Shown in pieces: positions 22,080 through 32,711 of a stretch of 64,000 nt of DNA. The DNA comes from Candidatus Poribacteria bacterium (lineage in GTDB: Bacteria; Poribacteria; WGA-4E; PCPOR2b). Location of the stretch: the NCBI GenBank assembly GCA_965116925.1, contig OZ220744.1, forward strand, positions 3,232,001-3,296,000, read 5' to 3'. A program made the position numbers and the translations under genes. The first letter of the stretch is position 1; each line of letters begins with the position of its first letter. A model generated the notes under the pieces. That model was not told the DNA's origin. It did no database searches and worked only from the letters and a program-made list of their open reading frames with translations.

Positions 22080-23123
22080 ATGAGACTCAATTTCAACCTT
22101 AGGATTCTGTTGTTGCCTCTTTTGGTATGCGTGTGGGTTCCATTTAGTTCTTCACCGGTATACGCCAATCCGAAAGGAACTATCGCGTTCTTTTCAAGTC
22201 GGAACAATCCTGATGAGCCGGGACTGTATACAGCGATTTATCTGATTAATGCCGATGGCACTAACGAACGCCTTTGGCTTGAAAACCCTGAAACCTTTAC
22301 CGGCCTAGCGTGGTCTCCTGATGGCAAATCGGTTGCTTTGACTCAGTATAATGCCAATGGGCGCAGTGACGTTTTTATGATAGATCTTCGTACTGGTCGG
22401 CAGAAGAATATCACCGCGCAATGGGTGGCGTGGCAGCTGAATTTTCACACTCCCTCTTGGTCTCCTGACGGCAAGTGGTTAGCCGTGACCTGTTCTCAAC
22501 CGGATGTGGAACGCGTTGATGTGTGTCGCATAACAGCCGATGGAGACCAGTTGCGGAATCTGACCCAAGAGGCACCGCGAGACTTTAGTTCTTCTCCCTC
22601 TTGGTCGCCCCACGGCGATAAAATCGCATTTTACAGAAGAGGCGGAATCTTTGTGATGGATCACAACGGTAGAAACCGGGTCAGATTGACCGGACAAGAG
22701 GAAGGAGTAATAAGCGATCGGAGACCTGCGTGGTCTCCCGACGGGACCAAGATAGCGTTCTACTCCAATCGACACGCCCAAGAACCTCCCAAAGGGGTAG
22801 AGCATGGTATCTACGTGATGAACGCCGACGGTTCCAACGTTGTTCGACTGACCCATCACCCCTCGGCAGACCGTGTGCCGGCATGGTCTCCCGATGGGAA
22901 GTGGATTGCTTTCCAGTCCCTTCGAGACGGCACGTTTAAAGTTCGAAATCGGGACTGGAATATTTACATCGTGGATGCCAACGGAGAGAATGAGATAAAG
23001 GTAACGAATCATCCAGGAGCAGATTCTAGACCGACTTGGGTGATTCCCGACCGATCGCTCCCTGTTGATACAGGAGACAACCGTGCCACGTTATGGGGGC
23101 AACTGAAATCAGAAAGACGGTAA
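22080..23123 (+). CDS. Secreted TolB-like (PD40/WD40-like) beta-propeller protein
   Basis: Signal peptide, repeated PAWSPDG, C-terminal WGQLK. Confidence 0.88.
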   Translation: MRLNFNLRILLLPLLVCVWVPFSSSPVYANPKGTIAFFSSRNNPDEPGLYTAIYLINADGTNERLWLENPETFTGLAWSPDGKSVALTQYNANGRSDVFMIDLRTGRQKNITAQWVAWQLNFHTPSWSPDGKWLAVTCSQPDVERVDVCRITADGDQLRNLTQEAPRDFSSSPSWSPHGDKIAFYRRGGIFVMDHNGRNRVRLTGQEEGVISDRRPAWSPDGTKIAFYSNRHAQEPPKGVEHGIYVMNADGSNVVRLTHHPSADRVPAWSPDGKWIAFQSLRDGTFKVRNRDWNIYIVDANGENEIKVTNHPGADSRPTWVIPDRSLPVDTGDNRATLWGQLKSERR

Positions 23124-23242
23124 GGGATGAAACTGTGGTAGGACTGAACTGAAGGGATGGACTACTGTAGGGGCAGGCTTCTTAGTCCCGATCCATCGGG
23201 GACTTGTACCTGCCCAACACTTGATCACCCACAAATTGGAAT

Positions 23243-23343
23243 GTTGGGTTTCACGCTCTTTATCTGCAAGAGGATATTGTTGAAATGCAGAACATCTACG
23301 GTCCCTGATAGGGATTCGGTTTTAATCGTTCAACCCAACCTAC
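23243..23343 (-). repeat. GTAGGTTGGG REP with 73-nt insert
   Basis: Reverse-orientation copy; insert related to that at 21385. Confidence 0.8.
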
Positions 23344-23435
23344 GATACTGATTGACGTACTCCCAAACCTAAAGGATTGGGATTTAGACCTAAAGGGTTT
23401 TTCGTTAAAACTTCAACACTGGGAAGCAGCACGTC

Positions 23436-23648
23436 ATGAAAGAAGAAAATATCACGAGAGTTACGCTTGACCCAAACAATCCATCAAAGGGAAAAACTGA
23501 CTGGAAGCAAGTGGACAGACTGACAGAGGAGGAGATCCGCGCTGCGGGGCTGTCAGATCCAGACGCGCAACCTGTAACGCCAGAAGAACTGGAAGAATTT
23601 AAACCAGTGACTAATGCTAAACCTTACTCAGAAAGAGAGCAAAGATGA
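23436..23648 (+). CDS. Short protein resembling the N-terminus of BrnA-type/XRE antitoxins
   Basis: TDWKQVDRLTEEEI...SDPDAQP pattern; no DNA-binding C-terminus. Confidence 0.55.
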   Translation: MKEENITRVTLDPNNPSKGKTDWKQVDRLTEEEIRAAGLSDPDAQPVTPEELEEFKPVTNAKPYSEREQR

Positions 23649-25195
23649 CACCAGACCACGATGTCATAATTATCGGCGGCGGACATAACGGCTTAGTTGC
23701 TGCGGGGTATTTGGCGGAGGCGGGGTTAGATGTCCTGCTGTTGGAACGGCGTGATTTCCTCGGCGGCGCATGTGTGACCGAAGAACTATTTCCCGGCTAC
23801 CGATTTTCTGCCTGTTCCTATATCTGCCATCTGTTACAGAACAAGGTCATCGAAGAACTGGAGCTGCGCAAGCACGGTTTTGAGGTCTATCACCTCGATC
23901 CCTCACGCTTCCAGCCGTATCCCGACGGTTCACGCCTACTCGTCTGGGACGATGTGGAGCGCACCCAAGAAGAGATTTCCCGCTTCTCCCGCCGCGATGC
24001 AGAAAACTTCCCGAAATGGTTAGACTTTTGGAAGCGGGCAGCGAGTATTATCTACCCATACTTTCTGACAACACCGCCAACGATCAGCGAAATCGCCGAA
24101 CAGTTGCGCGGCACCGATGATGAGATGTTTTTTGACCGGCTGCTCACCGTGAGCGTGAAAGACCTGCTGACCGAGTTCTTTGAGTCAGAGACTATGCAAG
24201 GCGCGTATGCCCAAGCCCAAGACGCAGGCGACCTCAATGCGCCGGGGAGCGCGTGGGCTTACACCTTTATCAAATGCGGCAACTTCACCAAACCCGAAAA
24301 TAACGGCATCGTCAAGGGCGGGATGGGCGGCATCACACAGGCGATGGCTGCGTCCGCACGAGCGCGCGGGGCAACCCTGCAAACCGATGCGACAATCGAC
24401 CACATCATCGTTGAGGACGGGACAGCCTGTGGCGTCGTTCTTGGGGACGGTACGGAGATCCGCAGCCGCATCGTTGTCTCAAACGCCGACCCCAAACGCA
24501 CCTTCCTCAAACTCGTTCCACGCGAACACCTCAATCCCAATTTCGTGGAACGCACCACACGGCTGAAAACGAATGCCGCTTATCTCAAATTCCACGCCGC
24601 CCTCAACGACCTCCCCGACTTCTCCGCCTACTTCAACGGCGACTTCGATCCGCGCTACCTGTCAGAGATCAAGATCTGCCCGTCCATCGAATACTATGAG
24701 CGTAGTTGGGAGGACGCCAAACGTGGCGAGCCATCAAGGGCACCAGTGATGGAAGTACAAATTCCGTCTGTCCACGATCCAACGATGGCACCGGCGGGAC
24801 ACCATGTCATGTCAATCTGGGTGCTTTATGCCCCTGTCCATCTACGGGAGGGAACGTGGGATGAGCGTCGGCTGGAGGTCGGTGAAGATCTTATCGATAC
24901 GGTCTCTACCTACGCACCGAATCTCCGGGATATTATTGTGGACTGGTCGCTGTTTACACCCATCGACCTTGAACGACGGGTCGGTCTCACCGATGGAAAT
25001 ATCCGTCACCTCGATATCGTTGCCAGCCAATTCCTCGCTCAACGTCCACTCGGCGGTTGGGCGCACTACCGGACACCGATTACCAATCTCTACCTCTGCG
25101 GTGCAGGCACACACCCCGGCGGTGAAGTAACTGGCGCACCGGGACATAATGCCGCCGCCGTTATCCTATCGGATTGGTCTAACGCGGAAAATTGA
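23645..25195 (+). CDS. Phytoene dehydrogenase-like FAD oxidoreductase (PYROXD2-like)
   Basis: GGGHNGL, LGGACVTEE, GAGTHPGGEVTGAPGHNAA. Confidence 0.92.
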   Translation: MTPDHDVIIIGGGHNGLVAAGYLAEAGLDVLLLERRDFLGGACVTEELFPGYRFSACSYICHLLQNKVIEELELRKHGFEVYHLDPSRFQPYPDGSRLLVWDDVERTQEEISRFSRRDAENFPKWLDFWKRAASIIYPYFLTTPPTISEIAEQLRGTDDEMFFDRLLTVSVKDLLTEFFESETMQGAYAQAQDAGDLNAPGSAWAYTFIKCGNFTKPENNGIVKGGMGGITQAMAASARARGATLQTDATIDHIIVEDGTACGVVLGDGTEIRSRIVVSNADPKRTFLKLVPREHLNPNFVERTTRLKTNAAYLKFHAALNDLPDFSAYFNGDFDPRYLSEIKICPSIEYYERSWEDAKRGEPSRAPVMEVQIPSVHDPTMAPAGHHVMSIWVLYAPVHLREGTWDERRLEVGEDLIDTVSTYAPNLRDIIVDWSLFTPIDLERRVGLTDGNIRHLDIVASQFLAQRPLGGWAHYRTPITNLYLCGAGTHPGGEVTGAPGHNAAAVILSDWSNAEN

Positions 25196-25204
25196 GCCTG
25201 CCTT

Positions 25205-26716
25205 TCATTCTAACCAGAAAGCATACAGCTTCGCACCCCGCAATATGAAGCGGAGGCGCACAGCCTTTTCATTGACTAAACGAGGCGAATCTTTCCATCT
25301 CAATTTCCCGCGTAGATGATCTCCGTTGAGGGGGAGGCATTCACGCGCAGACAGTCCCGGAAGCGGCTGCATCGTCTCTGCATCCAGAATCTCGGCACGA
25401 AGTTCACCGCGCCGGACATCTGCATTGACATACAGATCCGTTCCGTTTAGGGTAAATTGTTCTGTGACAACCGTTCCTTCCCCTTCGGCATCAAGAGAAA
25501 CGAACCCATCAAGCCTCAGGGTTGACAAGTGCAGCGCACCCGCATCGTTAAAATATTCCGCGTACTCTTCGCTGTAGATGCTCTGGTGACCGCGAAAGCG
25601 GTGGGCATTGTGATAAATCCGTATCTCACGGTCTTCGTGCACGATGGGACGACTGCACACTGCGACCTGAGTGGTGCCGTAATTTACCCCGTCCCACGGC
25701 TCAACCCCGATAAACACTCCCCTATCTGCCACACGCTCCCAGTGATATAGATCGCGCGACACCGCAAGTTCTACTTGGTTGATGCCACAATGGTTCATCT
25801 GTGGGAGGTCAGGACCTGCGGGATTAAACAGTAACGGGAAACCGACATACATCCCCTCATAAGGCATCAACGGCATCATGTAGAGTTGAGCGATATAATC
25901 CGTGTCTTCCAAGACAGGGGGTGTGAGATACGCCGGGTTGTCGACAACCTCCTGAATACGACGCTTGCGATTCTCTCTATCAATTTCGTCGGTATGCAGT
26001 GCTAATTTCGGTTCGGTCCAGTTCACAAAGTCCGCACTCGTTGAAACCCAAAGAGACCGCCCCCATACTGTGCGCTGTTTCACAGTGGCGACATACTGAT
26101 TACTAATTTCGTCATAGATAAAGTTTGAGGTGTCTTCGCTGGGAATCGGAGGCACATCGAGCAAGGTCCAACGGAAACCGTCCGGCGAAACTCCCGGTAA
26201 TCGTCCCATATTGCGTGTATCGCTGAAAAGGCCCTTATAGCGACGCTGCGGATCATCATCGCCTTCATCACGAATAACATGGTAAAGGTGCTTCTCAGTG
26301 ATGTCTGGCGGGTTATAGACCCCCCGACGGGTCAGAAATTCTAGCTTGGAGTCGTAGGCAATGTTATTGTCCTTCGATCCCTGTCGTTGATAGAGTCCGA
26401 GCGAAGACGTTTCCCAATGAACCCCATCCGTTGATGTCGTGTAATGCTTACGACTACTCTCCGTGCCTGCTATCTCGCCGGGTGGAATGGCGTAGTGTGC
26501 ATCGTACCACCATTCCCAGATCCCTTTTTCAGAGTTCCATTGCGGCGCGTTTCCGCTCTGGACATACACCTGCTCACGAGACCGATCGGCTTTCAGAATC
26601 GGTCCATGTTTATCTGGTTGATGCAACGTCCGGCTCACGTTGGAGGTGCTTGCTACGGCATAGTCGTCAAGAAACAACTGTTTGTGTTGCGCCGGATTGA
26701 TGTGTGAGGATGTCAT
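25205..26716 (-). CDS. Glycoside-hydrolase-like five-bladed beta-propeller protein
   Basis: QLFLDD start, S.DG.HW repeats, LRLDGFVS, C-terminal beta-sandwich. Confidence 0.6.
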   Translation of the reverse strand: MTSSHINPAQHKQLFLDDYAVASTSNVSRTLHQPDKHGPILKADRSREQVYVQSGNAPQWNSEKGIWEWWYDAHYAIPPGEIAGTESSRKHYTTSTDGVHWETSSLGLYQRQGSKDNNIAYDSKLEFLTRRGVYNPPDITEKHLYHVIRDEGDDDPQRRYKGLFSDTRNMGRLPGVSPDGFRWTLLDVPPIPSEDTSNFIYDEISNQYVATVKQRTVWGRSLWVSTSADFVNWTEPKLALHTDEIDRENRKRRIQEVVDNPAYLTPPVLEDTDYIAQLYMMPLMPYEGMYVGFPLLFNPAGPDLPQMNHCGINQVELAVSRDLYHWERVADRGVFIGVEPWDGVNYGTTQVAVCSRPIVHEDREIRIYHNAHRFRGHQSIYSEEYAEYFNDAGALHLSTLRLDGFVSLDAEGEGTVVTEQFTLNGTDLYVNADVRRGELRAEILDAETMQPLPGLSARECLPLNGDHLRGKLRWKDSPRLVNEKAVRLRFILRGAKLYAFWLE

Positions 26717-26843
26717 GACATTAACCTTTCCTTACCAATACGCAAGTTGCTAGTAGCTTACATAGTAGTAGGCATACTCCGTATGCCGTAACCCTTGTGC
26801 ATACGATGGGGCGATAGTGCTTGACTACTACTGTGGATAACAC

Positions 26844-27087
26844 GTAGGTTGGGTTGAACCAAAACAGACAAGAATAAGAACCGTTATAACTCAATGCTGA
26901 TGTGCAATTCTCATTCAAATCTCAAAAACCAGAGTGAAACCCAACGCTTTTCTTAGCAGGTGTCTAGGAACGTGGGGGTATGAAGTTGGGTTTCACTATC
27001 TCCTCAATGCTATCTACAGAGCCTCCAGTTTGATAGGTGTTTGAGATGTCTGAATCCGATTTCTCTACTTTGTTCAACCCAACCTAC
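26844..27087. repeat. Inverted pair (REPIN-like) of GTAGGTTGGG REPs with 74- and 75-nt inserts
   Basis: 26844-26945 forward and 26985-27087 reverse. Confidence 0.8.
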
Positions 27088-27109
27088 GCACTATAACCCG
27101 CAACTTGCG

Positions 27110-28912
27110 TTACCAGTAAGCGACCGCCTCGGCTATCTCACCGAGATGTACACCATTCCAAGTAACATCCGCCACGATGGGAAGTGCGTGGGTGGTAAAC
27201 TGCTTCGGGAAGGTTGCCTCCACCTGATAGGCGGTGCTGGTGTTCCCAGCTACTTGAAGGTCTATCGTCCCCGGAAAAAGCTGTACACCGTCAACCGAAC
27301 GGAAGCGAAGGGTGCACGCCCGTGCTTCTGTCTCATGATTAGTGATATTGAGGTTGAACATCACCGTCACTCCGGGCCGGATGCGAACCTTGTAAGGATA
27401 AAACTCCACCCAGTGCGGGTCCATCCCCATATTGGGATGCGGCTGGTCGAGAATCTGCGTAAAGAGATCCGTCCACCGATCCATCCAACCAACCCACCGC
27501 TCTGCTTTCGCTCGATCGAATGAAATACAACCCCCATGACCGGTAAAAAGATAATCCGGCTCGGCATCAAGAATCTGCTGGGGCATATCGCGGTAACTCG
27601 AAACAGGCGTCCGATTCTTCGGGATAAAGGAGTGAATAAAGTCCCGCTGTTCCCTAAATGACATTCCGGAGATATTATCCCCAACGCTCAAGAATTTCTT
27701 CCCATCCACCGTGAACCAGATGAGGTGATGGTATAAGGTCTGCCCCGGATGCTGCTCAACGAAAAAGTCAATCCCACGCCACCGGAAAGCCTCTCCCCGT
27801 TCAACGACATGGTGTACCTTCATTCCATCGGGCACCGCACAAGGCATATCGTAATTTTCTGGTTGCTCTAGGATATCCTTGAGTTCAGGAGACGATACCA
27901 CCCGCGTCCCGTAACGCGCTTGCAACATCGGGTAGCCGGCAAGATGGTCGTCGTGGTAATGGGTTGGCAGAAACCATTCGACGGTGTGAATCCCCAACTC
28001 CGCTTCGAGATAGGGCGATAGATGGTCGATATAACGGTGCGGATTGGCACTGATCGGCGCGTTGGAAGTATAGCCGCAGTCGATAAAGAGCGCGTGTCCT
28101 TCATCGTCCCGGATAATATAGGTGTTGGCACTGGAGTTCGTGATCTCGTAGACATGTTTTGTGATCTGACGAAATTCGGGGCGATAATATTCGTAGGATT
28201 GGGCGTGAAAGAGTTCATACAGCTCCTCCAACGCCGCTTGCAATTCAGAGAACGATTCCTCAGTCGGTTCAAACGGTTCGCCGTGTCCCGGCAGAACCAG
28301 ATCTACGTCAAGTCCCGCAGCGGTCTTCAGGCTCTCTAGATGATTGATATGCCCCTGGAAGTCCATATAGTTCCACTGACTCCAGAAATAGTCCCGAATC
28401 TTCCCGCTTCCCGACATAAGGTCCCCGCAGGCGAGTATCCGCTTCCCGTCTAACTCGAAAAGATAACCCACCGAGCCGAAGGTGTGCCCCGGCAGCGGAA
28501 TCACATCGAAACGAATCCCCTCCCATAACACGCTCTCATAGTCGTAAGCGTACTCATCCGACTCGGTATTCTCCAAGGGACCAAAGCAGGGATAATAGGA
28601 GGTGTAATTGTCATAAATGTCGTAGGACGCCTTGAGGAGGTCGGTTTCCTCAAAGAAACGCTGCTCCGCAAACGGTAAAACGATCTGTGCGTCCTCCATT
28701 TCCCAGTAGACTGCAGCGGAGCAGGTGTCCCGATGAAAATGGGTCAGTAACACCTGATCGACCTCATAAACGCCGTTCGACTCAAGTTTTATCGGAGATG
28801 TCCCGCAGTCAATCAGCAGTGTTTTGCCGTTTGCAGTTATCCCATAAACGCTACATGTGTCTTGGACAAAAAAGATATTATCAGTCAATTTTCGCATACT
28901 TGGCTGCCTCAC
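27110..28912 (-). CDS. Tandem metallo-beta-lactamase-fold hydrolase
   Basis: THFHRD and THYHDDH motifs, PGHT, GHG. Confidence 0.88.
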   Translation of the reverse strand: MRQPSMRKLTDNIFFVQDTCSVYGITANGKTLLIDCGTSPIKLESNGVYEVDQVLLTHFHRDTCSAAVYWEMEDAQIVLPFAEQRFFEETDLLKASYDIYDNYTSYYPCFGPLENTESDEYAYDYESVLWEGIRFDVIPLPGHTFGSVGYLFELDGKRILACGDLMSGSGKIRDYFWSQWNYMDFQGHINHLESLKTAAGLDVDLVLPGHGEPFEPTEESFSELQAALEELYELFHAQSYEYYRPEFRQITKHVYEITNSSANTYIIRDDEGHALFIDCGYTSNAPISANPHRYIDHLSPYLEAELGIHTVEWFLPTHYHDDHLAGYPMLQARYGTRVVSSPELKDILEQPENYDMPCAVPDGMKVHHVVERGEAFRWRGIDFFVEQHPGQTLYHHLIWFTVDGKKFLSVGDNISGMSFREQRDFIHSFIPKNRTPVSSYRDMPQQILDAEPDYLFTGHGGCISFDRAKAERWVGWMDRWTDLFTQILDQPHPNMGMDPHWVEFYPYKVRIRPGVTVMFNLNITNHETEARACTLRFRSVDGVQLFPGTIDLQVAGNTSTAYQVEATFPKQFTTHALPIVADVTWNGVHLGEIAEAVAYW

Positions 28913-29122
28913 TTAGATCTGATTTTGGCTCGTGTTAAGAAACCGTGCTACAAAACCGATTCGCTCATATAAAGAGATCGTACAACACTTTCGCGCCCCG
29001 TGTTTGGTAGGCGCTGTTTCCAACTGCGCCGATTTGGAGTGTTCCATTAATTCTAAAATCTACCATAATATTTTTTATTTGCACAGATTTGCGCTAATTC
29101 GTGGATGCTTTGCACCTTCTCC

Positions 29123-30139
29123 TTACCTCTTCTCCATGAATGCCGGAACATCAACACATTCCCCATTTCGACGCGCAGACTCCCAACCTGCAAGCACCGG
29201 GGCTAAAGAGAAAAGCCCATCGTGATAGTCGTTTAGCAATAGGCTAGGATTGTTGGTACGCACGGCTTCGATGAAAATGCGGTCCTGCTCAAACCACGGA
29301 TCGAATTCCTCCGCTTGATAGACCGTTTCGCCGTTGACCTCAATCGAGTCATAGCCGTAGACCGCCAAATGCCCACCTTCATAGAAGATGGTAAACCACG
29401 GTTCCGCCCGAAAACTGGGCGCGGCTGAAATGAAGGTCAGTGTCATCGTCGCTCCGTTGGAGAGACAATAATTGAAAGAAGAGGTCAGCGGGTTGTGATA
29501 CGACGGTCGCTGGCAGTAGAACGCTTGCGCTCGATCAACGTTCAAGCCTGTCATAAAACGTGTGTAGTCTGTCGCGTGGACACCCCAATCCAACGCCTGC
29601 CCACCCGATTTCTCCATATCAGACCACCAAGAATCCTTTTGCGATCCTGTTGGGGTCGCAGGGAGTCCACTAACGCTCTGGAATCGGACGTGGACAATTT
29701 TCTGCCCCTCCAGACGTTTACGCGCCTCCTGAAAAATGGGGCGATACCGTTCCCGAAAACAGACCGTGCTAATCACACCGGCACTCCGAACCGCATCGTC
29801 AATCCTGTGGGCAACCTCCATCGTCAACGCCTGCGGCTTCTCGCTGAAGATATGAATCCCTTTTGTAGCGGCGGTCGCCTCAACATTTGTGCGTGCATAC
29901 GCCGGAACAACAGAGTAAAGCGCGTCCATATCTTCGTTATCCAGCATCTCGTGTCCGTCAGAATAGGCTTTGGCGATATTGAACGCTTCAGCCGTTGACT
30001 TGAGCGACTCTGGGTTGCTATCGCAGATAGCGACAATTTCAACGCCATCCAGTTTCAGCAGGTTCGGGATATGAGTCCGATTCGCCCAAGACCCGCAGCC
30101 ATAAATTCCGATACGAATCTTGCTATCCGTTGAAGCCAT
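29123..30139 (-). CDS. Gfo/Idh/MocA oxidoreductase
   Basis: GCGSWA, EKP, DWGVH. Confidence 0.92.
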   Translation of the reverse strand: MASTDSKIRIGIYGCGSWANRTHIPNLLKLDGVEIVAICDSNPESLKSTAEAFNIAKAYSDGHEMLDNEDMDALYSVVPAYARTNVEATAATKGIHIFSEKPQALTMEVAHRIDDAVRSAGVISTVCFRERYRPIFQEARKRLEGQKIVHVRFQSVSGLPATPTGSQKDSWWSDMEKSGGQALDWGVHATDYTRFMTGLNVDRAQAFYCQRPSYHNPLTSSFNYCLSNGATMTLTFISAAPSFRAEPWFTIFYEGGHLAVYGYDSIEVNGETVYQAEEFDPWFEQDRIFIEAVRTNNPSLLLNDYHDGLFSLAPVLAGWESARRNGECVDVPAFMEKR

Positions 30140-30264
30140 GAAAAGATTTCCTCCACTATGCCAGTTCGATTGAGTTCACGACCAAGTATACCCCATCTTT
30201 GAGCTGCACTCAAGAGGATTGTGCATATAGGCACTTTCTCTTACCTTTTCTTGTTTCTCTACGC

Positions 30265-30293
30265 TTGACGGAGTTTGTGTTGGATGATATGAT
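30265..30293 (+). promoter_or_regulatory. Sigma-70 promoter for the methyltransferase
   Basis: TTGACG-17-TATGAT with extended -10 TG. Confidence 0.55.
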
Positions 30294-30377
30294 TTTAAGC
30301 AATTTATAACAGACGTTATTGAATATGCGATTTTTAATACCATTTGTTTGAAATGCTAGGGGAGCAGGAGATTAACA

Positions 30378-31376
30378 GTGGAATCTTACGAAAGAGATGG
30401 AGTCATTATACATGCTGGGAATTCTCTCAATTTGTACTCGAAATGGGAATCTCCGGTTGTAATTATTTCCGACGGTCCCTATGGCGTGGGCGGTTACCGT
30501 GGCGACCCACCAACGTCAGAATGTTTGCGCGAATGGTACAAACCACACATAGAGAAGTGGAGTGAATATTCGACACCTATGACGACACTCTGGTTCTGGA
30601 ATACGGAAATAGGTTGGGCGAACGTTCACCCGACTTTAGTAGAACACGGTTGGGAATACAGAAATTGTCATATATGGGATAAAGGAATAGCACATATCGC
30701 CGGTAATTCAAACAGTAAAACGCTCAGAAAATTTCCTGTCGTGACCGAAGTGTGTGTGCAGTATACCAAGAAAGCCTTTTTCAACGCAGATGGCAGCCAG
30801 ATGGATATGCAGCAATGGCTTCGCTACGAATGGGAGCGAACTGGACTTCCCCTCTATAAAACGAATGAGGCTTGCGGCGTAAGAAATGCAGCGACAAGGA
30901 AGTATTTTACAAAAGACCATCTTTGGTACTACCCACCGCCTGAAGCATTTGAAAAAATTGTTGAATATGCTAACAGATACGGGAGTGAAGATGGAAAACC
31001 CTACTTTTCGCTAGATGGTCAAAAACCCATTGCAGGCAAAGAATGGACGAAGTTAAGAAGTAAATTTTACTGTGAAAACGGGATCACAAACGTTTGGCGA
31101 GAACCAGCAGTGCGAGGGAGTGAACGTCTAAAAAAAGAATATAAGTCCATACATAATAATCAAAAACCCTTGAAACTCATTAGTTTATGTATACGGTCGA
31201 GCAGCGATGTCGATGATGTAATTTGGGAACCTTTCGGCGGGCTGTGTTCGGCTGCTATATCTTCACATGAACTTGAACGTAGGTGTTATGCTGCTGAAAT
31301 CAATGATGAATACTTTAAGCAGGCTGTTGAGAGGCTAAAAAATTACGACATTTATCAGGAGTTGGGGTTTATATAA
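30378..31376 (+). CDS. N4-C/N6-A DNA methyltransferase (beta class)
   Basis: Motif IV variant SDGPY N-terminal, HNNQKP, motif I variant EPFGG, AEI. Confidence 0.85.
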   Translation: MESYERDGVIIHAGNSLNLYSKWESPVVIISDGPYGVGGYRGDPPTSECLREWYKPHIEKWSEYSTPMTTLWFWNTEIGWANVHPTLVEHGWEYRNCHIWDKGIAHIAGNSNSKTLRKFPVVTEVCVQYTKKAFFNADGSQMDMQQWLRYEWERTGLPLYKTNEACGVRNAATRKYFTKDHLWYYPPPEAFEKIVEYANRYGSEDGKPYFSLDGQKPIAGKEWTKLRSKFYCENGITNVWREPAVRGSERLKKEYKSIHNNQKPLKLISLCIRSSSDVDDVIWEPFGGLCSAAISSHELERRCYAAEINDEYFKQAVERLKNYDIYQELGFI

Positions 31377-31378
31377 TC

Positions 31379-32320
31379 ATGGCGGCTCTATTTGAATCGG
31401 AACCTGAAAGAAATCCACCTGACGAAAATTGGTTCGGGTATGAAGTATATCAAAGGGTACGAGAAGCACTGTTCGCACTACCAACTTACTTCAAATCAGA
31501 TACTTCGATAGAGGGGATACTGGCTACGGATATTTTCACTCTAAATGCAGCATTTGGCGCCACTATAGAGGATCAAGTCGTTTCAACACTGAACCAGATG
31601 AGAGAAGTTTGGGATCCGGATGAGAAATATACGTTTTATAGATTTGTCAGACAACCACAAACTTTTCCAGATGTTTTATTAAAAAGGGACACGAATGAAG
31701 ATGGATCGCTGAACGAAGAAATTCTCTTAGGTATTGAGTTGAAAAGTTGGTACTTACTGGCAAAGGAAGGAGAGCCCAGCTTTAGATTTCAAGTAACACC
31801 TGATGCGTGTGCCAATCAAGATTTGATAGTAGTGATCCCGTGGGCACTGAATAACGTAATTTCAGGATATCCCAAGATATTTGCACCTTATGTAGAATTA
31901 GCAAGGTATGCAGCAGAATACCGAAATTATCACTGGCAATACATTCGGAAGACTAGCTCACGGACGGAGATAATCATTGCTGAAAGTGTTTCACCCTACC
32001 CGCAAAAAAGCGACAAAATTTCTGATAAGCCTGTATACGATGGTGGCAATAATTTTGGTCGATTTGCACGGACAGGAATAATGGATAGGTATTTGGAAAT
32101 CGCCAAAAAAGAGTCTCTCTGTGGGATAAGTGCAGAGCATTGGTTGAGTTTCTTCAAGATTTTCCAAGAACAAAAAGACGAAGAATCCATCAACGCTGAG
32201 CTTAATAGACTAAGGACTTTAGTAACTGGTACAGATAGGGAAACCGACCAGCAAATAACTGACGCATTGGAAAAAATCGTGTCAGGTATTGATGACCTGT
32301 TGTATCAAAGACAAACATAG
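31379..32320 (+). CDS. Putative PD-(D/E)xK restriction endonuclease
   Basis: FPDV...GIELKSW; starts 2 nt after the MTase; AT-rich. Confidence 0.6.
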   Translation: MAALFESEPERNPPDENWFGYEVYQRVREALFALPTYFKSDTSIEGILATDIFTLNAAFGATIEDQVVSTLNQMREVWDPDEKYTFYRFVRQPQTFPDVLLKRDTNEDGSLNEEILLGIELKSWYLLAKEGEPSFRFQVTPDACANQDLIVVIPWALNNVISGYPKIFAPYVELARYAAEYRNYHWQYIRKTSSRTEIIIAESVSPYPQKSDKISDKPVYDGGNNFGRFARTGIMDRYLEIAKKESLCGISAEHWLSFFKIFQEQKDEESINAELNRLRTLVTGTDRETDQQITDALEKIVSGIDDLLYQRQT

Positions 32321-32351
32321 GATTTAAACCTTGACCTATGGAGATTTCAAA

Positions 32352-32711
32352 ATGCAACTCGAAGATTATTTCGACTTTTTGTCGGAGGACGATATTCGGA
32401 TTAAAGGCACACGCATCGACATTGAGAGCGTTCTATACGAGTATATCCATCGTGACCAGGAACCAAAAGCCATCGTGCAGTGCTACCACACGCTTTCTCT
32501 GGAACAAGTTTACGCAACGATTCTCTATTATCTGCACAACAAAGAAAGGGTCGGTGCGTATTTGGCAGATTATCTCGAATACTGTCGAAAGTCGAAAGAG
32601 GACTACGAAAAAAATTTACCACCTGTAGTGGTGCGACTACGACAACTCAAAGCGGAACGTAAATCGGGGAAGCGAAAATTGTTCATTCACCCGCCGAACC
32701 GGACGACATAA
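32352..32711 (+). CDS. DUF433 family protein (putative antitoxin)
   Basis: DIRIKGTRI...LSLEQVYATILYYLHN. Confidence 0.85.
   Translation: MQLEDYFDFLSEDDIRIKGTRIDIESVLYEYIHRDQEPKAIVQCYHTLSLEQVYATILYYLHNKERVGAYLADYLEYCRKSKEDYEKNLPPVVVRLRQLKAERKSGKRKLFIHPPNRTT

Noticed and set aside
21385..27071. 73-75 nt REP inserts as tRNAs
   Set aside because: No acceptor stem, T-loop GTTCRA or CCA visible
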